Origin: an uncultured Clostridia bacterium
Lineage (GTDB): Bacteria > Bacillota > Clostridia > Oscillospirales > CAG-272
Assembly: GCA_944393415.1 (NCBI GenBank)
Contig: CALYAD010000032.1
Location: forward strand, 2,818 to 66,817
Reading direction: 5' to 3'
Length of the DNA stretch: 64,000 nucleotides
The notes below the pieces were generated by a model. It saw only the letters and a program-made list of their open reading frames with translations. It was not told the DNA's origin and did no database searches. A program made the translations under genes and the position numbers. Below, piece after piece: positions 29,093 through 36,898 of the stretch (the stretch's first letter is position 1; each line of letters starts with the position of its first letter).

Positions 29093-30082
29093 TCAGCGCA
29101 GTCTGACGCTTACCTCGCCGGATGAAATGCTTTCCATTTCCCCGTTCTCAAAAAGGACGGAAAGAGAACAGTCGTCGTTTATGCCGACGGCTTTTCCGGG
29201 ACGTGCGGTATCGCCTTGTATTACATTTACGTCTTTTCCCAAAATAAGGGAACGGCGGCGGTATTCCGGCACGAAAGAACGCAGCCCGCCTCGGTATATA
29301 TCAGAAAAATTATCAAGTATACGGGCAACGATTTTATGCCTTATGCGATTTGTGTACTCCTGATCACGGGCATCATAAAGAGCGCCGGCGATACCTTCAA
29401 GCTCACGCGGAAGCTCTCCTCCGAGTACGTTTATACCTATTCCGACTATGATATAATCAAAACCGTTTGCCTCAAGGCTGACGGCTCCCTCGGTAAGTAT
29501 CCCGCAGATTTTTTTGTTTTGGTAGTAGACGTCGTTTACCCATTTGATAAGGACGTGCTTTGAGGTTACCTCCTCGATTGCGCGGCAGACGGCTACCGCA
29601 GCCGCCGAGGTTATCATAACGGCGTCAGAAGGTAAAAGTCCGGGCAGGCTTACAAGAGGACGCAAAAGTATGCTCATATATATCCCGCCGTGAGGAGGAG
29701 AGAAAAAGCTTCTTCCCAGTCTGCCGCGGCCGGCGCTCTGTCGCTCGGCGATAATTACCGTGCCCTCGGGCGCGCCGTCGAGAGCCGCCCGTTTTAGCTG
29801 TGTGTTCGTTGAGTCAAGCGAGCCGTATATATTTATATTGAAGCTGTCGGGCGAGCGCAGGTATTTGATTATCCCGTTTTTTGTTATCGTAACAGTGTCT
29901 GACGTCAGTCTGTAGCCTCTGTTTGGCACTGCCTCTATCCGGCATCCGTCAGAACGAAGAGCTCTTACCGCTTTCCATACCGCGTTTCGGGTTACGTTAA
30001 GCTCTGCGGCCAGTACCTCTCCGGAAATAAACTCACCTTTATAATCTTCAAGCTTATCAAGCACTTCTTCCCTCAGTGTCAT
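29093..30082 (-). CDS. birA: Bifunctional biotin-protein ligase / biotin operon repressor
   Basis: N-terminal HTH (ISGEVLAAELNVTRNAVWKAVRALR) and the ligase motif GRGRLGRSFFSPP. Confidence 0.9.
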   Translation of the reverse strand: MTLREEVLDKLEDYKGEFISGEVLAAELNVTRNAVWKAVRALRSDGCRIEAVPNRGYRLTSDTVTITKNGIIKYLRSPDSFNINIYGSLDSTNTQLKRAALDGAPEGTVIIAERQSAGRGRLGRSFFSPPHGGIYMSILLRPLVSLPGLLPSDAVMITSAAAVAVCRAIEEVTSKHVLIKWVNDVYYQNKKICGILTEGAVSLEANGFDYIIVGIGINVLGGELPRELEGIAGALYDARDQEYTNRIRHKIVARILDNFSDIYRGGLRSFVPEYRRRSLILGKDVNVIQGDTARPGKAVGINDDCSLSVLFENGEMESISSGEVSVRLR

Positions 30083-30110
30083 AAGTGTATTAATCCCTTT
30101 CTTTTATAAA

Positions 30111-30162
30111 ATTGTAGCATATAAAAAAAGCAATGTCAACCGTATTCTTAAAACAGGTGACG
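30111..30162 (-). promoter_or_regulatory. birA-bioY promoter with a candidate BirA operator
   Basis: On the minus strand: TTGACA (30139-30134), 17 nt, TACAAT (30116-30111). An imperfect inverted repeat TGTCAAC-N15-GGTGACG (30134-30162) overlaps the -35. Confidence 0.5.
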
Positions 30163-30273
30163 ATCAGAGTAGCTTTAAAATGTTATCCGAAAGCGGATAA
30201 CATCAACGTATTAGTATATTATTGTCACCGGAGAACAGTAAGCTGTTGCTTTTATGCGATGGTGTCTTTTCAT

Positions 30274-30299
30274 TAGAAACCCTTTTTGAAAAGGGTTTC
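30274..30299. repeat. GAAACCCTTTT/AAAAGGGTTTC hairpin repeat (copy 2)
   Basis: AGAAACCCTTTT-TG-AAAAGGGTTTCT, immediately left of the IS3 left end. Confidence 0.6.
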
Positions 30300-30408
30300 T
30301 TCCAGTCTGTCGAAAAAACAGTGGAATGTTATACTATAAGAAGAGTCGACAAACACCCAAAAATCTGGTATAATAGAGAAAAGAAAAAGAAGAAAGAAGG
30401 GAAAAGAG

Positions 30409-30684
30409 ATGTCGATTTACAGCAAGGAATTCAAGGAAGATGCAATACGACTGTCAGACGAGATCGGGAACAAGAAAGCAGCCGCCCAGCTTGGGATTCC
30501 GTACTACACCTTAGCGGACTGGAGAAACCACAGCAAGCACAAGTCTAAGGGAACGGCGACAATGAGCGAGGAAGAGCTGCGGATCAGGAACCGTGAGCTT
30601 GAACGCGAAAATGCCGAGCTGCGGGAAGCAAACAACATTCTCAAGGATGCGCTCGGTTTTTTCGCAAAAGACCGGAAGAAGTGA
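30409..30684 (+). CDS. IS3-family transposase OrfA (HTH plus leucine zipper)
   Basis: YSKEFKEDAIRL...GIPYYTLADWRN... followed by a coiled coil (ELERENAELREANNILKDALGFFAK). Confidence 0.85.
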   Translation: MSIYSKEFKEDAIRLSDEIGNKKAAAQLGIPYYTLADWRNHSKHKSKGTATMSEEELRIRNRELERENAELREANNILKDALGFFAKDRKK

Positions 30685-31581
30685 AGACTTGTGAGCGGCA
30701 TCTTTTCGTGCTCGCAAATAAGGGGAAGTACAAAGTCAAAGAAATGTGCCGCGTGCTGAAGATCAGCGAGTCGGGATATTACCCGTTGGCTGAAAAACAG
30801 AACCAAACCAACAGCGAGGGAGCTTCTTTCGGTCGAGATCAGGGCAATACTGAACGAACATCCGGACAACGACAATTACGGCGTCAAACGAATGGTGACC
30901 GCGCTTGACCAAAAAGGGGTTCATGTAAGTCACAGAACGGTATACCGCGCCATGTCAGAAATGGGGATCATACACCGCAGAAGAACGCCTCGCGGCATAA
31001 CCAAGGCTGCAACCGAGATTCAGGACCTGGAAAACTTGATCAAACGCGATTTCAAGGCGGAAAAACCGCTCCAAAAGCTGCTTTCCGACATCACCGAGAT
31101 ACAGTGCTGTGACGGGAAGCTATATCTGTCAGCTGTGCTTGATTGCTTTAACGGAGAACTTCTCTCAATCGCGATGGACAACCATATGAAGAAGGAGCTG
31201 TGCATCCGAACCGTAAAAGAGCTGGAAATGCAGTACGGGAAGAAGCTCGAAGGAGCGATCTTTCACAGCGACCGGAGAAGCCAATATACCGGCGAAGCGT
31301 TCAGAGACGCCTTGAAAGATGCGGGACTGATACAGAGTCTGAGCGGCACGGGACATTGCTTTGACAACGCCAGAATGGAGAGCTTTTTTGCGACCCTGAA
31401 AAAAGAAAAGATATACAGGATATCCGCATATAAGCTGACACGGGAGCAAGTCAAGAGCATCATTTTCAGATACATATTCGTTTACTACAATCGTATCAGA
31501 ATATCCTCGGTCAATCCACAAGGATTACCTCCTGTCGCGTACAGGGAATGGGCGAGAGCAACCGCACCGACCGTTGCCTGA
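30655..31581 (+). pseudogene. IS3-family transposase OrfB (HTH_21 plus rve/DDE integrase), interrupted by an extra 1-nt frameshift
   Basis: The -1 frame is open across the orfA end (T-rich GGTTTTTTC at 30655). The reading ...ISESGYY then needs a frame change at CCC 30782-30784 to continue RWLKNRTKPTARELLSVEIRAILNEHPDNDNYGVKRMVTAL... The rve core (SDITEI...HSDRRSQY) is intact. Confidence 0.7.
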
Positions 31582-31769
31582 ACCGCGCCGCGTGCCGCAT
31601 CTGTTTCCCTCCGCTCGGGGCTTCGCCCCTCTCTCCGGAAAACATATGCAGATTCTACCCCCTTACAGATTTAGGGCATTTTTCGACTCCACATTTCTTG
31701 ACAATTCCATCAAGCACATACTAATGCTATGAATTGAAAACTTCCTTTTAATCATATTTTTTACTCCTT

Positions 31770-32183
31770 CTATTTTATTTTTTGTAACATGAATGCGACC
31801 TCTTCTACATTCTTTACATTTGATAAAGTATAAGAGGAATCTTTGGTTGTTATTTTCAATGTCCCACTATTCAAAACAATTCGCCTGCTTTTTGTTTTTC
31901 GATAATTGATAGCTATCATATCGGTCACGTGAATTTTATCCCATTTTCCTTTGGTATATATCCACAAAAAACCGTTAGATAATTTTATTAAACAATTTGG
32001 CCTTTTTAATTCATAGCAAAAACCTCCAATAAAAATTATTACCATAACAACTGACAGAAGGAAATAAACAATCCATCCATTTGGTTTTATAGTAACGGAT
32101 AAAAGTGAAAATAGGGCGAATAGAATTGCTCCTAAAATCAACATAATATTTGATAATTTTGTTTTAAATGCAATCTCTTGCAT
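31770..32183 (-). CDS. Small membrane protein (2 TM plus a possible PH-like C-terminal domain) on an AT-rich islet
   Basis: ORF 31770..32234. ATG at 32183 follows GGAGG. GC content is visibly far below the flanks. The PH-like assignment is an inference from the pattern, not verified. Confidence 0.5.
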   Translation of the reverse strand: MQEIAFKTKLSNIMLILGAILFALFSLLSVTIKPNGWIVYFLLSVVMVIIFIGGFCYELKRPNCLIKLSNGFLWIYTKGKWDKIHVTDMIAINYRKTKSRRIVLNSGTLKITTKDSSYTLSNVKNVEEVAFMLQKIK

Positions 32184-32504
32184 AATAGTCAATCCTCCAA
32201 TCAAATTTTGGATTCCAATAATTATAACTCTCATTGAAAAAGTTTACCATCATTCTAAGGTTAGATGTAGGTAAAATTTGTGTAAATTTCAATAATAGAC
32301 TATTTCAGAAAATTTAATACAATAGAATAAAGTTGAATTCGTCATGCGGGAGGTTTTGATTTGCCGTCAATTTCCGATGAACTATTCTTTTTATAACACT
32401 TTCTTATATAGAGTTCTTCTTTCTTTTCTGCCGTAATCTCTTAGAGTGGGTTGTTCACCTTCTCCTACCATTATGACAAGTACCACCTGTCAGCGTATAG
32501 AAAC

Positions 32505-32865
32505 ACTTATCCCTTGGAGGTCAAAGATGTAAAAAGCAGATGGGCTGCTTCCGCAGCCCATCTGCCCAGTCTGTCGAAAAAACAGTAAGCACATAGCAAT
32601 ATGCACAAACGTGAAAGTATTATGCGGTGCGGAACGCCGCATTGGGGAATCTGTGCACAACAGTTCCCGTTGTACCGGCGACGATTCTCCACCGTAAGAC
32701 GTCCCACCGGGACGATTTACGCCCCTCCTACGCTCTATTTGGGGAAATTTTCGTCCTCCATAGAGGATGCCAGGGGCTTTGCCCCTTGACCCCACCGCCT
32801 TTTGAAAAAGGCGGGCGAAAACTTTTTGTGTAATATTTTTGGTGAATTGACTTTTTCTACACGCT
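32505..32865. other. GC-rich, hairpin-dense non-coding island (candidate structured RNA, long 3' UTR, or IS/MITE remnant)
   Basis: No credible ORF. A 13-bp perfect hairpin lies at 32536-32565, and at least 6 further local stems (for example ATGCGGT/GCCGCAT, GGGAATCTGT/ACAGTTCCC, CGTCCC/GGGACG, GGGGC/GCCCC, CCGCCTTTT/AAAAGGCGG). A promoter-like ATGACA-17-TATAGA lies at 32473-32501 (+). On the minus strand the 13-bp stem is followed by U5. Confidence 0.35.
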
Positions 32866-32897
32866 GAAAGAAACCCTTTTGGGAAAAGGGTTTCTTC
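32866..32897. repeat. GAAACCCTTTT/AAAAGGGTTTC hairpin repeat (copy 3), probable rubredoxin terminator
   Basis: GAAAGAAACCCTTTT-GG-GAAAAGGGTTTCTTC, about 45 nt downstream of the rubredoxin stop. Confidence 0.55.
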
Positions 32898-32941
32898 GGC
32901 CCTTACGGGAAATGCATTCCCGGTTAGGTGTCGGATTATTT

Positions 32942-33100
32942 TTATTCTTCGGAGAACATGTCCTTGCCTACACCGCAAAGAGGGCAGACAAAATCCTCCG
33001 GCAGGTCTTCAAATTTAGTTCCGGGCGCTATTCCGTTATCGGGATCGCCAAGGGCCTCATCGTAAACCCATCCGCACGCGTCGCAAACATATTTTTTCAT
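32942..33100 (-). CDS. rd: Rubredoxin (52 aa; below the ORF-track cutoff)
   Basis: Manual translation: [52 protein letters not shown], with the two CxxCG knuckles. The SD is GAAAGGAAT 8 nt upstream. Confidence 0.92.
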   Translation of the reverse strand: MKKYVCDACGWVYDEALGDPDNGIAPGTKFEDLPEDFVCPLCGVGKDMFSEE

Positions 33101-33140
33101 GATTTAAAATTCCTTTCTATAAATTAACTGATTTTTATTT

Positions 33141-33688
33141 TTAATAGTTTTCGCAGCTGATCTCAAAGTAGCTCTGAGGATGCGCACAGGTGGGGCATAT
33201 CTCGGGAGCCTTGGTTCCGACCACTATATGACCGCAGTTACGGCATTCCCAAACCTTGACCTCGCTCTTTTTGAAGACCTCGGCGGTTTCAACGTTGCGG
33301 AGCAGCGCGCGATACCTCTCTTCGTGATGCTTTCTATCGCGGCCACAAGGCGGAACTTTCTGGCGAGCTCCGTAAAGCCCTCCTCCTCGGCGATTTTTGC
33401 GAATCCCTCATACATATCGGTCCATTCATAGTTTTCCCCTTCGGCGGCGTGTACAAGGTTTTCGGCAGTATCTCCGATTCCGTTAAGCTCTTTAAACCAC
33501 ATCTTAGCGTGTTCCTTTTCATTATCGGCGGTTTTAAGAAATAGCGCGGCGATCTGCTCATAGCCTTCTTTTTTTGCGACCGAAGCAAAGTATGTATACT
33601 TGTTTCTCGCCTGACTTTCTCCGGCGAACGCGGCCTCAAGATTTTTTTCGGTCTTTGTACCGGCGTACTTGTTTTTGTTTTCCATCAT
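33141..33688 (-). pseudogene. rbr: Rubrerythrin, reading frame broken by a 1-nt deletion in an A-run (or a homopolymer sequencing error)
   Basis: The N-terminal ferritin-like domain is intact in ORF 33224..33688 ([18 protein letters not shown]...). After ...AAIE the frame must shift at 33331-33333 to read [63 protein letters not shown], ending at 33141. Total length is 548 nt, which is 3n-1. Confidence 0.85.
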
Positions 33689-33740
33689 AATTACTCCTTT
33701 ATTTTAAAATTTGCTTTACAGTGTTATACTGAGGAAATGT

Positions 33741-34061
33741 TCAGTCTTTTTCTAAAGCGCCGTGATAGTCAAGGATTCCTCCGATGTTTAAAGCGTTTTT
33801 GTAGCCGAGCTTTTTTAGCGCGGCTACCGCTTTTCCGCTTCTCATTCCGCTCCGGCAATGAACAAATAAGAGGGTGTCGCGGTCCGATATTATACTGAGA
33901 ATGTTTCTTATATCGTCCAGAGGGATGTTCAGGCTGCCGGATATATGTCCGTTTCTGTATTCTTCCGGAGTTCTTACATCCAATAGGACAGCTCCTTCGG
34001 CGGCTCGGAACCGTGAAACTCCCGTGTCAATGCTTGTTTTTTCAAATAATTCTGAACTCAT
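33741..34061 (-). CDS. Rhodanese-domain sulfurtransferase
   Basis: LLDVRTPEEYRNGHISGSLNIP and the active-site loop HCRSGMRS. ATG at 34061 follows GAAAGGAATGTTCAT. Confidence 0.85.
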   Translation of the reverse strand: MSSELFEKTSIDTGVSRFRAAEGAVLLDVRTPEEYRNGHISGSLNIPLDDIRNILSIISDRDTLLFVHCRSGMRSGKAVAALKKLGYKNALNIGGILDYHGALEKD

Positions 34062-34144
34062 TTTTATGAACATTCCTTTCAGCTGCGGTTTGTAGAGTTA
34101 AAGGGAATAACTTTTAACTTCCGGAATAACGCCTTCAGTCAGTT

Positions 34145-34459
34145 TTACTGTATGAGTAATTTTTCTAAATCCTCCTTGGGGCGATATCCTACGGACGTCG
34201 CGGTGATCTTTCCGTGCTTTATCACGACAACAGTCGGTATACTTGAGACGTTGAAGGCTGAAGCAAGTTCCGGTTCCGCGTCTACATTTACTTTTCCTAT
34301 CTTGGCTTTTCCTTCATAATCCTGAGCAAGCTCCTCTATTATGGGAGAGAGCATTTTACACGGACCGCACCACGCCGCCCAGAAATCAAGAAGTACAGGT
34401 TTATCTGATTTTATTACCTCATCTTCAAAATTTTCTTTAGTTACTATTATCTCTGCCAT
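34145..34459 (-). CDS. trxA: Thioredoxin
   Basis: WAAWCGPCK active site. ATG at 34459 follows GAAAGGTGAT. Confidence 0.92.
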   Translation of the reverse strand: MAEIIVTKENFEDEVIKSDKPVLLDFWAAWCGPCKMLSPIIEELAQDYEGKAKIGKVNVDAEPELASAFNVSSIPTVVVIKHGKITATSVGYRPKEDLEKLLIQ

Positions 34460-34728
34460 ATCCTGTGAAATCACCTTTCTATATAAAATAAAAATTTGTG
34501 TTTAAGACGATGTTTCGTCGCTTAAAGTAATTATATTTTACATTATTTTTCTGGTCTTTTCCGTGACTAAGTCTCATTTAACGGAAAATATTATAAACAT
34601 TATATATTATAACTAATTATAGCATTTTTATGTGAATAAGTCAATAAAAAATTGCAATATTAACTGTATTTTTCAAAAAAGATAAGTCATATTACTTTTT
34701 TATCTCAAATAAAATTTTAAAAATTCTC

Positions 34729-34757
34729 TTGACAATTCCGGATTACTGTGATATAAT
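34729..34757 (+). promoter_or_regulatory. Consensus sigma-A promoter driving the Trp T-box leader
   Basis: TTGACA (34729-34734), 17-nt spacer, TATAAT (34752-34757). Confidence 0.75.
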
Positions 34758-34764
34758 GTATACA

Positions 34765-35043
34765 TCAAACCGATGAAGCGGAAGTAACGTCAATTAAAGA
34801 CTATACAGAGAGCCTGCGATGCTGAGAGTCAGGTTAGAAACCGGTTGGCAAATGGACCGCGGAGGGTGCAGTCAAAAGCGTGATCGCTGAGTATCTGCAA
34901 CGTTATCGCATACGTCAGTTGTGAGGGATATGTTTGTATCCTGTAAAGCGCGCATACCGAATGGAATGTGAATCAAGGTGGCACCGCGGATAAAGTTGTT
35001 TATTCGTCCTTGACAGAAAAATGCTTCTGTCAGGGATTTTTTA
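34765..35043 (+). promoter_or_regulatory. T-box riboswitch leader, tryptophan specifier (UGG)
   Basis: Stem I AGAGAG...GCUGAGAG platform. Specifier AAA-UGG-A at 34853-34855. T-box GGUGGCACCGCG at 34977-34988, inside an antiterminator (CAAGG / CCUUG with a UGGCACC bulge). Terminator CCUUGACAGAA/UUCUGUCAGGG plus U6 at 35008-35042. Confidence 0.85.
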
Positions 35044-35046
35044 TCA

Positions 35047-35087
35047 GGCTCCTTTGACGGAAACCGTCAGAGGAGCTTTTTCCCTAA
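35047..35087 (+). terminator. Second, tandem intrinsic terminator after the T-box
   Basis: GCTCCTTTGACGG-AAA-CCGTCAGAGGAGC (13 bp, one G.U pair) followed by TTTTT. Confidence 0.55.
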
Positions 35088-35329
35088 TATCAGAAGAAAT
35101 TTACGGGTTTTATCAACCGCGAAGAAGAAAGGGAACGGTCATATTTATGGTTTTGTTTGTTAAACGATGGCGTTACTTACATTAAACTTGAATTATCGTA
35201 TGTAACAGAAATATAAATAATTATCTTAAGCGGTAAACAGAAAAAGAATCAGCCGCGCTCAAAATGATGAAAGAGGCGCCGCTCATAGCACACAAACGCC
35301 GCATGGCGTAAGAAAGGAAAGGTAAAATT

Positions 35330-36547
35330 ATGATATACAATGGAATAGATTTCGATACTTACTTTAAAAATTATCCGGACAAAAACGGATTTTTCGGGAA
35401 ATACGGAGGATCGTATATACCGGAAGAGCTTCAAAAGGCAATGGAGGAAATTACGGAAGCCTACTATACAATATGCAAGTCATCTAAGTTTATCGCGGAG
35501 CTTCGAAGGATCAGAAAAGAGTTTCAGGGCAGACCTACTCCCATCTCATATCTTGAGAGGCTTTCCGGCAGGCTTGGTGATGTACAGCTTTATGTAAAGC
35601 GTGAGGACCTCAATCATACCGGTGCTCACAAGCTGAACCACTGTATGGGGGAAGCGCTGCTTGCGAAGTATATGGGCAAAAAGAAGGTTATCGCGGAAAC
35701 CGGAGCGGGGCAGCACGGCGTCGCGCTCGCTACCGCCGCGGCATATTTCGGACTGGAATGCGATATTTACATGGGCGCGGTGGATATTAAAAAACAGGCT
35801 CCTAACGTCGCGAGAATGAAGATACTCGGCGCCAACGTCGTCGAGGTGACAGACGGACTTGCCACGCTCAAGGAGGCCGTGGACGCGGCGTTCATGGCAT
35901 ACTGCAGGGAATACAAGGATTGTATCTACTGTATCGGCTCGGTCGTGGGACCGCACCCGTTCCCGATGATGGTACGTGATTTTCAGAGCGTAGTCGGTAT
36001 AGAGGCGAGAGAGCAGTTTCTTGAAATGACGGGAGAGCTGCCTGACGCTGTTGTCGCGTGTGTCGGCGGCGGATCTAACGCAATGGGTATCTTTTCAGGC
36101 TTTCTGAATGATCCCGTCGATATTTACGGCGTCGAGCCTCTCGGAAGGGGAGAAAAGCTCGGAGACCACGCGGCAAGTCTGAAATATGGGTCTGAGGGTA
36201 TAATGCATGGCTTTAACAGCATTATGCTCAAGGATGAAAACGGTGATCCGGCTCCCGTTTACTCTGTTGCGAGCGGTCTTGATTATCCATCCTCGGGACC
36301 TGAACACGCTTTCCTGCGTGACCTTGGCAGAGTAAAATACGATGTTATAAACGATGACGAGACAATCGACGCGTTTTTCACGCTTTCAAGACTTGAAGGT
36401 ATCATTCCGGCGATAGAGAGCGCTCACGCTGTCGCTTACGGAATGAAGCTCGCAAAGCAGATGGGGAACGGTTCTATTCTTATTAACCTGTCAGGCAGAG
36501 GCGATAAAGATATGGATTATGTAATAGAAAAGTACGGTATAAGATAA
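35330..36547 (+). CDS. trpB: Tryptophan synthase beta chain (stand-alone; no trpA adjacent)
   Basis: [11 protein letters not shown] (PLP lysine), GAGQHGVA and GGGSNAMG motifs. Confidence 0.9.
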   Translation: MIYNGIDFDTYFKNYPDKNGFFGKYGGSYIPEELQKAMEEITEAYYTICKSSKFIAELRRIRKEFQGRPTPISYLERLSGRLGDVQLYVKREDLNHTGAHKLNHCMGEALLAKYMGKKKVIAETGAGQHGVALATAAAYFGLECDIYMGAVDIKKQAPNVARMKILGANVVEVTDGLATLKEAVDAAFMAYCREYKDCIYCIGSVVGPHPFPMMVRDFQSVVGIEAREQFLEMTGELPDAVVACVGGGSNAMGIFSGFLNDPVDIYGVEPLGRGEKLGDHAASLKYGSEGIMHGFNSIMLKDENGDPAPVYSVASGLDYPSSGPEHAFLRDLGRVKYDVINDDETIDAFFTLSRLEGIIPAIESAHAVAYGMKLAKQMGNGSILINLSGRGDKDMDYVIEKYGIR

Positions 36548-36616
36548 CCGCGTTTATGATCCACTTCAAAAGCCTTTCCGGTGTATTTTATTCATCAAGA
36601 AAAGTTTTTGGGAAGT

Positions 36617-36650
36617 TTCAGAAACCCTTTTTTCAAAAAGGGTTTCTGAA
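36617..36650. repeat. GAAACCCTTTT/AAAAGGGTTTC hairpin repeat (copy 4)
   Basis: TTCAGAAACCCTTTTTT-C-AAAAAGGGTTTCTGAA, preceded by AGAAAAGTTTTTGGGAAGTTTCAG. Confidence 0.6.
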
Positions 36651-36804
36651 GAAAAAACGGAGCTGAGTCAATTGAAAACATTTGACTCAGCCCCTTCTGT
36701 TTTATACTTATTTCGCTTGAAATTATATTAATGCACTTGGGAAAATGTTTTCAGTATCGAGTATAATGAAATATATAACACTGGCGATACGGACGGTAAA
36801 CTAT

Positions 36805-36860
36805 AAAAACAATAATGGCTGCGGCAAAAGACAAAATTGCCGCAGCCATTATTGTTTTTT
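36805..36860. terminator. Strong bidirectional intrinsic terminator (17-bp stem)
   Basis: AATAATGGCTGCGGCAA (36811-36827) pairs with TTGCCGCAGCCATTATT (36837-36853), flanked by A5 and T6 runs. It ends the minus-strand nitrogen operon. Confidence 0.8.
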
Positions 36861-36898
36861 AAGAAAAAATAAATTGCGTTTCCTACGGTACTGTGAAG

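Larger units (their letters stand above)
30308..31703 (+). mobile_element. IS3-family insertion sequence (~1.4 kb)
   Basis: orfA/orfB architecture. Imperfect terminal inverted repeats: TGTCGAAAAAACAGTGGA (30308-) against TCCACATTTCTTGACA (-31703), with TG..CA ends. No clean target duplication was seen. Confidence 0.7.

Noticed and set aside
30180-30203. Perfect palindrome ATGTTATCC-GAAAGC-GGATAACAT, resembling lac-operator half sites (GCGGATAACA)
   Set aside because: No LacI-family gene lies nearby, and the 6-nt spacer is atypical for LacI or BirA operators. The lacO resemblance is most likely coincidental. It may simply be a small hairpin between the birA promoter and the IS3.
32572-32578. 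Perfect Spo0A-box heptamers (TGTCGAA) inside both copies of the 21-nt repeat (also at 30308-30314)
   Set aside because: The heptamer is part of the IS3 terminal inverted repeat. A 7-mer match without promoter context is expected by chance.
32490-32978. 162-aa ORF across the GC-rich island
   Set aside because: The sequence is Arg/Gly/Pro-rich and low-complexity. It overlaps the rubredoxin 3' end out of frame and runs through multiple perfect hairpins. The region is treated as non-coding.
34607-34622. PerR/Fur-like palindrome TTATAACTAATTATAG upstream of trxA
   Set aside because: Only 6 of 8 positions are symmetric, and the region is extremely AT-rich, where such matches arise by chance. No PerR or Fur gene is in the window.
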